Position numbers and translations under genes: made by a program. Below, one piece after another: positions 23,246 to 36,290 of a stretch of DNA of 64,000 bases. Every line of letters begins with the position of its first letter. The first letter of the stretch is position 1. The stretch spans positions 1,488,001-1,552,000 of the forward strand of contig SMSO01000005.1 of assembly GCA_004764695.1 (NCBI GenBank), given 5' to 3'. The stretch comes from Schizochytrium sp. TIO01. Taxonomy: Eukaryota; Protista; Bigyra: Labyrinthulomycetes. The notes under the pieces are model-generated. The model was not told where the DNA came from. It saw nothing but the letters and a program-made list of their open reading frames with translations, and did no database searches.

Positions 23246-24259
23246 CCTTCTCCAAGACGATACTTAACTCTACTCGTTTCCCGTTCCGATGCATATATCA
23301 CAGCTACAGCTGCTGCAGCTTCTAGTTCTTAAAAGGAATATCCAGTGAAGATCCTTTTTGATCAACAACCTTGCTTGGCTGTCTGTTGTCAAGGCAGCTC
23401 CAGAAAGCTTGCACAGTGGCCCGCCAACAAGCTTTGCCGTTGCCACTGTTAACGACGCGACGACTGATGATCTAAGGTCTATTTGCATGGCAGTCTCTCT
23501 CTCAACCTCTGCTGCGGAGAAAATTTATCTGGCGCAGGGGTACAAAATTTAGCTCCTCTTCTCAGCGTTCGCGACAAGCGAGCATAGATGAGATCTATCG
23601 AGGAGACTGCAACATCGATACTTGCCTGCATGCAGTTCCACCGTGCCGAAGTAGAATGGGTGCAAGCTAGTAAGCAAATCACAAACTCAGAGCGGGCGAC
23701 TAGGAATACACACAAGGGCGACAGACGGTATATGGCCTTCTCCACTTCACGGGGCCCTTGCCCGCGTCGAGGAGGCGAAAAGGACTGTGGAGGAAGCTGA
23801 TGACGAAATAAAAAAACAAAACGAAAAAATCGATAAATACGAGGGCCTACTTGATGAAAAGATCAGCGATGAACGAGCAAAGAAATATGGGGCCTCCCTG
23901 GAACATGCTACTACATCTTCAAAAATGGCTGCGGTAGCGTGAAAAGAAGCACAAGATCTAATCAATGATTAGCAGAAGTTTTATGATGTGATGTCACCGG
24001 TCTCCGATGTCCTGGATGAAATATATCAGCGAATAAGAGATAACCTGGGTTTGTTTGTCGATCCCGTACAAGTTTTCGAGCCTTCAAATACGTCCCAGGG
24101 GCTTTTCCAACCCAATGTCGGCGTTCCGCTTCATGTCGTATTCCGTAGCACAGTCCCTGATTTCCTTACCCACAATCTTTCGGGGCGTTTTCGTGACGAT
24201 ATCCAACTCTTTGGAGATATTGTTTCTGGTCGCCACAAATCATATTATTTGACCATTTA

Positions 24260-25380
24260 CGATGGTGTTGAACATGGTAATCTCGCGCATGCTTTCTTTG
24301 GGCAACGATGATCTAATCTTATGTGCACAAACCGCGAAAGTTTTGCACGGAGGTTCTTAAAAAAAAAAGAAAGTCGAATTTGTTTTACATTTGATTTTAA
24401 GGGATGTGTTTTAGGGGCACGATCTTGGCATATTCCCCAACGTATATCGTTGTGACTAATATAATATTTTCTTTGCTTTAAACTTTAGTGTCGAAGTGGT
24501 AAGAACTTGATATGTTCGTTAGCCACTGCAACGTGTCTCTTTAAGGTCTTGGCGTGGCGATGCGTTTTAGATTCTAGAACGAACGCGCTGTCTTCAGCAG
24601 GGATTTCAATTGGTACTCTTTTCATGGGACCATCTTTAGGTGTGTGAGATAATTTCATATAACAGGTAACCCGCTTCGTGAAATCGCTCTTGGTCAACAC
24701 AAAATGTTTGTGGTCGCGGGCCGTATGTAGGCACATCAAGTTGAAATTATCCGACTCTCAAATCTCAGCGTAGTAAGATGTTTTTGTTTTCAGAAGACGA
24801 GGCATCGTCCTCGGGTCTTGGGACCATCTAATAAAAATTGGTATCGCGCTCAAAATTGAGTTCTTCAGTCATAAGACTAGACGGTACCTTTCTTGGGCAC
24901 GGCTTGGAATGTTAGACTAATGTTGAAGTGCTAACTCTTGTGATAATTTCCTCAATAAAATATAAACCTTGTTAGTGGGGGAGTAACAATACCCGACGCC
25001 ACACTTGCAGGACGACGAGACGAACTCCAACTCGTCAAGTAAGGCGGTGGTTGCTTTATCGATCGACTCTGAGAACGTGATCTTGTTGTCAAACTCGGCC
25101 TTGCGTTGATCTAAATAAGCTACCAGTTGGGCCCCGAGATCAGAGAATTGAGCGATGACATTGACGTTTTGGTCTACAAGGCAGGAAACGGATTTCCACA
25201 ATTATTCTTGTGCGATTTTTTGTGGGTATGGTTCTAAAAACTAGGTCTACTATGTATCCTCACATATCAAATCATCCGAAGATAGTCAATAAAAGATTTT
25301 ATATAGCCGAAAGCCATGTCCTTGCGGCGTTGAGTCGATCATCCAACACCTCCAGGTTGATATTCTCACGCGTGGCGATT
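24260..25380 (-). pseudogene. Relic reading frame of unknown family with multiple in-frame stops
   Basis: ORFs 24917-25201 and 24485-24739 are in the same frame. Protein-like translation continues across the intervening and flanking stops. Confidence 0.45.
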
Positions 25381-25819
25381 GATGCTTGGGAGGCCACCTT
25401 GAAAAGTTTTCTAGCCTAAGGCGAAATAGCATCAAGAGAGAGCGCTCTATCTGTGGTGTTGCTCACTGGACTTTCTTCAGAATTGTAAGACATGTGTTGG
25501 TGTAGCGAGTTCTTAAAAATAATATTAATAATCATAGTTGGGTGGGGCAAACCCATGGTCTAAAGTACGGGTTTTCATTATCGATTTTCAGCATTTGTTC
25601 TGCCATGTTCACGGTAAAACAAGTTTAATATTGAAATGAGAAATCAAGAATGTTATTCTTTTGAATGCTACTGTGGCTGTGCATTGGGTTAAGAATAGCC
25701 TTCGCTCGTGTAAATGTTATGTTAGATTTTAGAGTGCCAAAATGTTGACCTTAACGAAGAACTATGTGAGCATTAATGTCTTTTCGTAATGAGCGTAGCC
25801 TGTAAGTAGAATACCTAAT

Positions 25820-26121
25820 GTTTGAGAAGAAGAGTACGAAGAACAGTACGAAGAACAGTATGAAGAACAGTATGAAGAACAGTAAGTAAAACATAAAGTT
25901 TGAGAAGAACACTATCAATAAACACTCAATAAAGAACAGTATGAATAACATTAAGTAAATCAATAAGATAAGGTTAAGCATAGCAATTAGATAAGGTAAA
26001 GCATAAAGTTAAAGCAGAACAGTATCAATAACACTAAGTAAAGCATAAAGTTTGAGAAGAACAGTATCAAAATAATCAATAACACTAAGTAAAGCATAAA
26101 GTTTGAGAAGAACAGTATCAA
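25820..26121 (+). repeat. A-rich patchwork minisatellite (12-nt gaagaacagta(c/t) units and a 46-nt exact duplication)
   Basis: tcaataacactaagtaaagcataaagtttgagaagaacagtatcaa at 26025-26070 and 26076-26121, with degenerate copies upstream. Confidence 0.85.
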
Positions 26122-27252
26122 TACAGCGGTTTTTCTCCCTCAAAGACTAGTGGTGAAGCGCCGTGGTAGGAAGTTTCTTTTGGCGCTTAAGTTTGATTCA
26201 ATATTTTGATTTTCACTCTAGCTACAAGTTCAATTGAACAAATGTCAATTGTTGTATATCCTATATTTCTTGTATTGATTAATTGTATAAACCATGGTAG
26301 TTTAAAGTGCTGTTATAAAGTATATTCGAAGCTTTGACAATTTTATACTGATCAAATACATTAAAATATTATCTCGTAAGCTAGTGCTGATATTTATAAT
26401 GCCAAGACAGTTCAATAATATTCTTTTCTTGAGCAGTTAAAGTTAAGAATAGAGCATGGTGGAACTTAATGAAGGAAAGGTTCTGGGTATCTATGTTTTC
26501 AATCCCCTTACAAGACTTTGTGAATGCCCTCCAAGTAAATATTGGATCATTACAGAACAAACAATAACTAGTGTAAGTTAAGATTCTATGTAACACTCAA
26601 CAGTATGATGAAGTATATTAAAGTTACAGAGTAGACCACCCTGTTCCTTTTATTCTTATATTAAATAGTATGTAGGTACTTTCTACGAGTTTAAACTAAA
26701 TTTAAAAAGGTGTATTACTTGAAGACGCCCCCTTCATATATTGTTAGATATTGTTTCGTAGAGGTTTTTCTCCCTCAAAGACCAGCAGTAAAGCGCTAAG
26801 TATGCGCACTTCAGATAAGAACACACATGGAACGAATGGAACGAGTGGAACGATGTAGCATAAGAAAGTGGTTCACGATCAGAGCGCCCAAGCACCTGCC
26901 TTTTCTTGTTTGCTCGCGCACTCTCTACGCGGGAGTCTGCGAATAGAGTGAGACCGAAGGGGAGATTACTTCGTGCTTGCACTAGCAGACCTAGATCTGC
27001 TGGTGCTGTGTTGACATAGAAAGCGTGTTTCTTGATCCAGAGATTGATTCTTCGCAGTGGCGAAGAGGCTAGAAGCTTGTGCCAGAGCCGAGGTTTGCAA
27101 ACGGAGGCATTCGTGCCTGGAAGCTGAACTGAGAAGGTACCCCGGGCTGCTAGAAAACTCAGCTCAAAGGTGGAAAGGAGCTCAATTTGTCTAAAGAATT
27201 TACACGGCGAAAAGATTGATCGTTAGATTGAAAGTCAAATTAGGACCATCCA

Positions 27253-29064
27253 ATGCTGGGCATCGGTTATACCTCTGACTCAGAATCTGGGTCTGATTCA
27301 GATTCTGCATCTCCGAAGGTTGTTTCTGGAGTCCTTGAGAATTCTAAGAGCTCTTCTACAAGTGTAGATACAAATCCCTCTGCAAAGGCTTTATCATCAA
27401 GTGCAACATCTTCAAATGCAAAGTCAAGCTCAAAAAGTTTGATTGCGTACGACTATGCCCCAAATGTGGGTGCAGTGGATTTAGATTTAAGTGAAGCCTC
27501 GCGAGCTATGGCAGCACCAGTGTCTAACAATACGAAGACCGTTTCCTACAACATGAAAGCCTCTTCGATGCTAGCCAGGCCGGAAGGTCCTGCAAACCCC
27601 TTCGCGCGCCACCAAGCGCAGGTAAGCGAGGCCGCTGTGGACGAAGCAGCTTTCGACGCAGACTGCTACGCCAAACCGAAAAAGAGTTCTAGTATTTGCC
27701 GATTTGAAGGACGCGAGGGTTCCAAGGGCCCTGGTGGGGAAAAGGGTCAGATGCAGAGTCCGATTCAGCGTCGCAAGAGGCGCAAATCAGACATTAATGC
27801 ACAGATGAGTAAGCTGCTGAAGCGTGTAATATCCTCAGATGGACCTTGGGTTAGTGGAGGCCCTGATGAAGATGGAGACTCTGGTGATGGAGGGGTAGAT
27901 AATGAAGAGATCTCAGAGACCCAGAGAAAGATTCTGAAGGCTCAGGAGGGCAGACGCAATGAAGCGGCCAAGAGGGCTCAGGAGAAGGGTACTGGTACAG
28001 CCTTCGAAGAACACGTTCTTGTCCAACGCGGAGAAGACATCAAATCCTCCACTAAATTCCACGGTACCCAGGAAGTTGACTACCAAGGCCGCAGCTGGAT
28101 TAGCGTGCCACCCACACTCCGTACGTCAGAGGGACACGATGCATATTTGCCGAAACGTTTGCTCTTTCAGTTCAATGGTCATGAGAAAGGTGTCTCTAAA
28201 ATTAGCTTCTTCCCCAAATACGGTCATATGTTGCTTTCCTCGAGTCTCGACGGCACACTCAAGATGTGGGCTGTCTATGAAAGTTGCCTAGGTGGCAGGG
28301 GGCTTATGCGCACCTACAGTGGTCACAAAGACGCTGTTTGTGACCACTGCTTCAACGCAACAGGAGATAAGTTTGCCTCTTCAAGTTATGACAAAACTAT
28401 ACGTGTCTGGGATGCTGAGTCGGGTCAGACTATAATTTCGCTCAGCAATGGATCCACAGCAAACTGTGTACGCTTTTCGGCCAACGATGACAACATTGTG
28501 CTTGCTGGCTGCACCAATAACCAGATTGTACAATGGGATCTGCGTGAAGGTAAGATTGTACAGCGCTACACCAACCATGACGCCCCCGTCAACACCATTA
28601 CCATTTTCGACGAAGGCCGTCGCTTTCTCTCAAGTTCTGATGACAAAACGCTTCTTGTTTGGGATTTGAACACGCCCGTGCCTATTAAGCATATTTCTGA
28701 TCCCTCGATGCAGAGTATGCCGTTCATCACGATTTCGCCTGACCAACGCTTCTTTGCCTGTCAAAGTATGGATAATCAAATCGTTACATATGAAATGCGG
28801 GAGCGCTTCCGAAACTGCTCAAAACGGTTTTCTGGTCATAACAGCGCAGGATATGCGCTTCCAATTGATTTTTCCCCAAATAGCAAGTACTTGATGTCCG
28901 GTGACTTAAACGGAAAGTTGTTCTTTTGGTCCTGGAATTCCTGTAAAAAGGTGCGTGAGCTCAAGGTCCACAATCAGGCAACCCAGGGCGCTGTTTGGCA
29001 TCCTGTCGAACCGAGTTGGGTTGCAACATGTTCGTGGGATGGATTCATTAAGGTTTGGGGGTAA
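27253..29064 (+). CDS. CDC40: Pre-mRNA-processing factor 17 (WD40 second-step splicing factor)
   Basis: DYQGRSW, GHEKGVSKISFFPKYGHMLLSSSLDG, DPSMQSMP, CQSMDNQI, FSGHNSAGYA and WHPVEPSWVATCSWDG. Confidence 0.95.
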   Translation: MLGIGYTSDSESGSDSDSASPKVVSGVLENSKSSSTSVDTNPSAKALSSSATSSNAKSSSKSLIAYDYAPNVGAVDLDLSEASRAMAAPVSNNTKTVSYNMKASSMLARPEGPANPFARHQAQVSEAAVDEAAFDADCYAKPKKSSSICRFEGREGSKGPGGEKGQMQSPIQRRKRRKSDINAQMSKLLKRVISSDGPWVSGGPDEDGDSGDGGVDNEEISETQRKILKAQEGRRNEAAKRAQEKGTGTAFEEHVLVQRGEDIKSSTKFHGTQEVDYQGRSWISVPPTLRTSEGHDAYLPKRLLFQFNGHEKGVSKISFFPKYGHMLLSSSLDGTLKMWAVYESCLGGRGLMRTYSGHKDAVCDHCFNATGDKFASSSYDKTIRVWDAESGQTIISLSNGSTANCVRFSANDDNIVLAGCTNNQIVQWDLREGKIVQRYTNHDAPVNTITIFDEGRRFLSSSDDKTLLVWDLNTPVPIKHISDPSMQSMPFITISPDQRFFACQSMDNQIVTYEMRERFRNCSKRFSGHNSAGYALPIDFSPNSKYLMSGDLNGKLFFWSWNSCKKVRELKVHNQATQGAVWHPVEPSWVATCSWDGFIKVWG

Positions 29065-32000
29065 AGAATTGAGACCTGATCATTACGGATCATTCAGTCA
29101 TGGTCATACAAACAACTTTGGAGCGGAATGAAGATTTCCAAAGGATCTCTTATTGTCCTGTTTCCCCGCACATTTTTTTCCATTTCATAGCGAATACTGC
29201 TTTACTAAGATTGCTGCAAATTTAATTTGCTGCTTAAGAATCTATCTCTTCTACCTTATGACTATATGCTATGCAAGTCGCTCATGAGAGACTAAAACTT
29301 TCAGGGTATACACAAAATCTTGTTCATGAGTTCCAGTGCGCGGACCTTGCTGTACAACATATCTTTTTAATCTTCTAGAACTTTTGTTTTAACTTTATAA
29401 AGACATTGATGAATTTTGTTCGTCGATATATTCTTTTGAGATCGCTAGGCATATGTTTTTCTTTGCTTTAACTCTTCTGGCGTCAGTACGTACCTTCTGG
29501 ACATAAAAATATGTGGTGACACTATCTGATTTAGCTCATCATTTTGTTAGTTGTTTAGTCCTAATAATAATAATAAATAATAATAAATTACTTATTATAG
29601 CAGCCAATTTAGACAATAACCTGATTAAAACGGGTGTCTGTGTGGCGCATATTAACCAACCATGAGCCGCTCTTTAGATTATTTTGGGGCACCAACTACC
29701 ATGAGTCAACCATGCAGCTGAAGTCGGCATGTAGATCATCTCGAAATACAACGAAATAGAAATAGAGCATCAGTATTGCAGGTTGTAGCATTTTGGACTT
29801 GTACCTGCTCGCTGTTTTCTGTTTACAAGATAAGGAGTTGCAATCTTCGCCATTGAGAAAAACATGCAAACTATCCCTCTCTTATAATGCCCACCACAAC
29901 TTTAATACGTGCGCTTCTAGTAGAGCACATTGTGTCTCACTATCCTAATTACATTTGATGAAGACTCCGTTAGTCTCCACGAAATAGATTGTTTATAACA
30001 TCAAATTGCCCAGCTTTTCTCAAAAATGCTACCACTAGTATTAAATCAGATACAACTTTCTATGCGACTATGCTCCTCTACATTGATTCGGAAACGTAAT
30101 ATAATATCAATCATGTGGCATCTACCTCAAACTGAAGCATGGTCGTAAACTTCAATCATATCGTGAATGTGCACAGTGCTGCTTCTGGCTGCTGCTGCTG
30201 CTGCTGCTGCTGGTGGTGGTAGCTCTTTAATGCTCGTCCATATAAGGTGTGTACTAACTGTGGATTTTTATTAATGCTTATGTTATTGTTGTATAAAATT
30301 CAAGTTTATATGAATGCTTGCGCTCAAACATCTTCCTCATATTAAGAATGTGGTTTGCAACAGTTTGCAAGCTATCAAAGACTAACACAAATCCGGAGCA
30401 CTTCATGGGTTTCAAGCAAACAGTGCATATCAGGAACTAACCCACCATTGCATGGTCAAGTCTTGTGAACGTCTCGTGCTGCAATTAAGACTATATATAG
30501 CCTTAGCATATGTCGCTCCAGCTTCCCCGTGCGTACTAAATAGAGTTTCCATTCACTCAACAGCAGCACTCCAAAGGTGGACAAAGTGTCTTCAACGTCG
30601 CATGCATGACCCCGAAAAGCTCAACAACTAGGAGACGACGGGAGAAACGGCAGTGGGTAGAGATACATTAAAACAATATACCCACTAATATAGATGTCCG
30701 ATACTTGTCTTTCGTCCAGGAGCTAATGCACTGAGGTGCATACTATCTGCACAACAATAATTAAGAATGAATCCGTCGTTGAATTGAAGTTCCTTAGTGC
30801 AAAGAAACCCTCAGCCACCAAGCTCATGATCCCGTGGAGCCTCCAAATGTTCACACCTTGAAGCAATTAAAAAAACAAGAGACCAACACTCGCAAGCCTA
30901 CTCCTCCCAATCCTGGCCCGGCTGCAGCTTATGTCATGAGTCGTGAATAAGTGCAGCTGTATAGATTTTTGCAAATAGCGCATGTAATCCCGCCTCCAAA
31001 GTCTAGGAGGAGGAAGAATTTCGACAATCTTGAAGACGGGTTCACCAACAGTAATTTCGTACTACCCGCTAAACGTGTTGGGTTATCCTCCTTGTGTACG
31101 ATTTCGCTAACCTTTCCTTGCCAGTAGCAAACAGGGTTTCCACAACAAACTCCACCATAATGAGCGAAGTTACATGAACTTGGATGTGTGTTGAACCCGC
31201 ATGGTCCTGAGCTTTCCATTTGCGCAAAGTTTGGAGAAGCACCCGTCTGTTTTCTATTCCATCTTGATGCCCTTTGGTTACCTGCGACTTGTGTACCCTG
31301 TTGCACGCGCTAAAACTTATTCCCATGAGTTAGGTGCCAAGCCTAATAGTTCTTAGGCTATTGTTGAAGAAAGAGTGGAAAAAAAGTTTTTTATACTAAA
31401 CTTATAAAGACAATGTTTTAGTTTCTAAGAGTATTTATTCATTTGGTAGCATAAGAGCACTTCTCACCTTCGCAGGCCCGTGCCATCCCTCTTTCGAGCT
31501 CATGCAGGGTATTGGAATTCCGCACGTCGTTGCCACAGGTGTGAGACATGCTCCTCACCAGCTCCAGATCCTCAGGAGGGCAGCTTCTAACAAGAAATAT
31601 GGATTGATGAACGTGAAGAATGACTGATGACTGATTGATTGGTATTTACGATAACTTGGTTACTTCCTTTAACTTGTTCTATTTATTCGGAGAATAGGTA
31701 AAACTATTAGGAGTTTTTTTATTTTATTTTAAATAAATTAATATAAGTGATATTATGAAATGATTCAACTTTTGCTTTTAAGCAGTCATGTTCATGTAAC
31801 AAGGAGTTTCCACCACAATACTTTTCATTTTTGCAGGCATAGCCCAGGAGATCCGTGCAGTGAAATGAAGACTTTACGACGTCGTATCCACTACCCTTGC
31901 CTTTAGACGAGCTTGCCCAATTGGGTAGGTTTCTGCCGAATAACACTATTTCTGAGGTGACCAGAATGAACTTTGATTTATGAGTTTTTATCCTTCTGAC

Positions 32001-33144
32001 AAAGAGCACCATGATTGCATTCTTTAAAATGAACTGAAAGAGATGTTTGATTTGATTAAGGCCAGCTTATTCTTGTAACGTGATTATCCAGCACCGGATG
32101 TAAAAGCCGAAGTGTTGAAGCGCCCAAAGAGTACTGCAATTGCAAAGTGCATGAGCTCGCCAGGAAGTTGAAAATATATAATATGCTATAAAACTAATAA
32201 AATATTGTGTTGTTAATTATTATTCATTAAAGTGAAGATTAAATAATCACAATAAATCATAGAAGTCGGATATGTGTTTTTTGTTTTTTAAGTTTATCTT
32301 TACTATAAGAAAATTATGAATCAGAAAAACACCTTTGTGCACGCAAACCCGAACGACCCGTGCAAAGACACGTCTCTCGATCAGGCAAGCAAACCCGTAT
32401 CGCTGCAGCGTGGAGATAGTGCAGCGGTGCTCATTTTTGGAAAAGAAGAGCTAGCTTGTTTGGCCTTTAGCACCCGCTTGCTCGTTTGCCTTGCTCTCAG
32501 GCCATTCACGCGCCAAACCCAGTAAACAGAATCGAGCTCGTTTTCCTTTTCTTTCTCAAGCGAGTCCTTGATTCCTTCTGCTTGCCGGCACGCGGAGAAA
32601 GAACCTAGACAAATTGAGACAAAACCTTATCGTCTAAACTCTGAAGCAACGGAGACTACATTTGAGGACGTACTCAACATCAACGCAATTGGCTTTAAGT
32701 AGTACAGAGGACGTTGCAAGAGATCCAGGAAACGAGCGAGCGTGGGAGTGTGGCGCACGCCCATAGAATAGCTAGCTAGATTGGGAAGTGATCATAGATA
32801 GTCATAATATAAACTCGCGAGATACTCCGTGGGATTGCTAATAACAACAAAAGTCGCAGTGGACAAGCGCCGTCGAGCGTGACGAAATCTTTTGACAAAC
32901 TGAGTTATACGTAAATTTGGAACAGCGTGCAGTATATAGATAAATCTCTGATTGTTATCGCTGTTGCTCGCTTTCTTCCTGTAGGAGCGCGTGTCAACTT
33001 TGGGCAAGCAGGTAAACCTACTGACTTACAGCAGACGAACTGGCAGCTCGACAGAACCGGATTGGCCGTGTTAAGGTTCTACTTGCAAGAGCTAGACGAG
33101 AGAAGCTTGGTGACTATTCGCTTTTATCAACAGAATCAGCCAAA

Positions 33145-35204
33145 ATGCTCAAAGACATGGCGCGACAAGCTCGCAACAGCCTAGGCCGAGTGCGAAGTGG
33201 CATGTTCAAGAACCAGGAGCCACCGGTCCTCAAGGCCAAAGTCAAGAACCTCATGGTGCCACCACCTTTGCCTAAAGATCTGGCAGACGATAACATGGAC
33301 GCCTCATTCTTCATCACCGCATGGGATCTTCAAGGTCGCGGAATGGATTATGTCGCCAAAGTGGACGATCTTTTGCCAGTGGGCTTTGATGTGTACGTCA
33401 TTGGGTTGCAGAACTGCAGTGATGTGCATGAGACCGTGGAGCGCTGCCAAGACTTTCTCAGCTCGCAAGATGACTATGAAGAATTTACCCACCTAATGAT
33501 TGCCAACGAAGCACGATCTGGCCTTGGTATGGTGGTCTTGTGCCGCCGTAGTCTGGTAGACCAAAGTGCGTTTAACATGACTCTTGTTGATACTGTACGT
33601 GATCGCCGTACTTCAACAATGCCTCTTCTATACAAACGCAACGCGTTGACTATGTCTCAAACTCCAGAAACAGCGCTGGCCCAGCTTCGTGCAGCTCCGT
33701 TGCAAGAAAATGGAGGTGCTGTTTACATGCGATTTGACTTTTTCGATTCTAATTTGTTGTTTGTTCATATGAAAGAGTCGTGCCTCGGAGAGCTGAACGA
33801 GATTCTCGCTCGCGTAAGCCCTGAACAGTATGCCCATGTGTTCCTTTTTGGTGATTTTGGCAGTGATGTTCTTGATAATGCCGATGAGCTAGCCCATCGT
33901 CTTTTTCTCGAAGACTTTGACAAAGTACCAATGCGCTTCCGTGACTCTCGCCATATGTTGTTGACTCGCTCCCAAGATGAGGAGCTGAGAAAGTTGGTTC
34001 ACCCTAATCTCCATGGCCACTACACCATTGCTCGTCCTAAAAGCACCTATTCAACCTTGCCTGTGGCATTTTTCTCCACGTATCGTATTCACGGTGGCTC
34101 CGGCATTGACCGAAGTACATTACCTCCTCCCCCTGCTGCTGCCGTGCGCAATGGTGGTCCCCAAGTTCGCTTCTCCGAGGCACCACCTCCATTTGACATG
34201 GATGACTTCACTTTTGATCAGGAAGATGACCACGAGGAAAGGGCAGAAATCGATAACCAATGGAAAAACCGGAACCCTAAACTCAAATCCAACAGATACT
34301 CACAAACACCGCCCCCGCCCCCGCCTCCTCCTCCTCCGGCAGGGGAGCCGAGCCGCACAAAGTATGGTCGCACTTTACCTCGTCGGCAACGACATTCCTC
34401 CAAAGCAGATAATGAAGTGCCCCCGCCACCACACTATGCCCCGCCACCAACGGGTAAAGACAAGGGCTTCATCACTGAAGGCGACCCACTTCTCCACAAA
34501 GCAATCAACTCACTTCGTGTCACCGTAGCAGATGCAGAAGATGAAGAGAAGCCAAAGCAAAGTTTTGGCACATGCAAAGTTTGCGATCATCCAATTGAAA
34601 ATCAGGGCGAGCTCTTCCGATGCATGGGCAATGCCTACCACCGCGACTGCGTATCCTGCGACGATTGCGGGGAGCCTATTAATTCTCAATTCTACATCGT
34701 CGATGGAAAGATTCTCTGTAAGAACTCGTACAAGAAGCTCTACCTCTCTGAAAAGTGCTTTGGATGTGGCCAGGTAGCCAACCCTCGGGATCAGCTTCTT
34801 CGCGTGAACAACAAAGTCTTTCATCTCGACTGCTTTCTTGCAACGTATGTGGCGTTCAGTTGTACAGCCTCGATGGGGATGGCAATCACTCTGGGGCTGA
34901 TGAATTTGTCATTGATGAAGAGGAAGGCTTACTCTGTGCAAAACATGGTGCAAAATACGACTGTGTTGCATGTGGTGAGCCCGTTCCTAACAGCGAGGCA
35001 GTGCAAACAAGCTTTGAGGACGGCAAAACTGCTGTCTTCCACTCCAAGTGCTTTCGCTGCGCCAAGTGCAAGAAGGCAATCGCCGACCTTGGTGGGTCGT
35101 ACGTCATGTATGGCGATTCAGTACTCTGCCAGGATGACTATACCGCCTTGCGTGAAGCCGCACAACAAGCCCTTTGCCGAGAGCGTCACGGTAGCAAAGA
35201 CTAA
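33145..35204 (+). CDS. Degenerate inositol 5-phosphatase-like domain, proline-rich linker and three LIM domains; -1 frame break at 34834-34836
   Basis: FFITAWDL, DVYVIGLQN, NGGAVYMRFDFFDSNLLFVH and HVFLFGDF resemble IPPc. The LIM pattern CxxC..HxxCxxCxxC..CxxH/D occurs three times; LIM2 continues as SCNVC in ORF 34755-35204. Confidence 0.75.
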
Positions 35205-36290
35205 CTGGCATTTGCTGACTCGTCTTCTTGTCTTGCATAAAATTGCGCAGATGAGGGGTTCATTTGTTTGTTTACTTCTTGCGTTTCGCACGTTTATTAT
35301 TATTCTTCTCTGGTACCAACCACTTTCTTTCTTTCGTTCTGTTGAATATTAAAATTATAAAATACATCAACTTTTCTTCCACATACCTTTTACATATTCT
35401 TCTGCACCCCTGTAAACCTCAAGAAACCATCTTTACGAAGGCCAGGAACCAAATTCTACTGAAACGCAACAAACTACAATTACACGATCACCAAATGTCC
35501 CATACATAGCCTTATTATCACTTTGACCACTCCAGAGTCTTCCAGGGGTTTCTTCCTGGCAACCCCGTTCACTCCCTATCCCTCACCTCGGATTGCCTCG
35601 AACTGCATCAATTTGCGAGACCACCATCGTCATCATGTCCTCACCAACGAGCAACAAATGGCGCACCAAAAAGTCAGCCTTAAGATCGCACCTTACTGTA
35701 CTGCATAGCGAAGCCTCCTAGGGGCCGCGTTCCTCTTTATTATCTTCTCTTGTTCTTGTTCTTTTCCGCCCTTATTGTGTGTATGTATGCACGTACGTGT
35801 ATTCATACTTGTGTGTAGCAGCAAAGACCTAAAATTAACGTTTGTTCTCTGCTAGGCCGACGCCGTCTTCCTACGATTTCCTCTATGCAGGGGACAACTC
35901 AAAACAACTTGAATCATGTCTCAGCCTACGAACAAAGAGGAATGGATACCGATTACGATGAGAGAAAAGAGAGAAATAGACAAACCTGAAGATTAAGAAG
36001 GCCTACCCTACTTAGCAGCTACTGTTAATTGTAGTAGGCCCTATGGTTAGGCAGATAGCAAAGAAAAGAGGATGGAGTAGATTCTGAGGCGAATGAGGGA
36101 GGCGACAGTACTATGGGTTATAGAAAGTTTGTTGTACTTGTACTGGGTTTGTTTGACTTTGTGGAGCCGACTGTTTGACTTTAGGAAAGGCTTAATTACG
36201 CTGATGATGGCAATCTTTCATTTTCTTTTGATAGTTTGATTTGCTGTTGAAGTTGCAGATACGCTTCTGCGCTCGAGATTTGGTGGCGCG

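Noticed and set aside
25820-26121. CRISPR-like array
   Set aside because: No constant repeat with unique spacers, no cas genes, and a eukaryotic context.
29700-31400. Possible pseudogene fragments
   Set aside because: No consistent frame or recognisable motif.
34837-35352. C-terminus of the 735-aa ORF with apparent TM segments
   Set aside because: Out-of-frame read-through; the LIM cysteines continue in the -1 frame, which ends at 35204.
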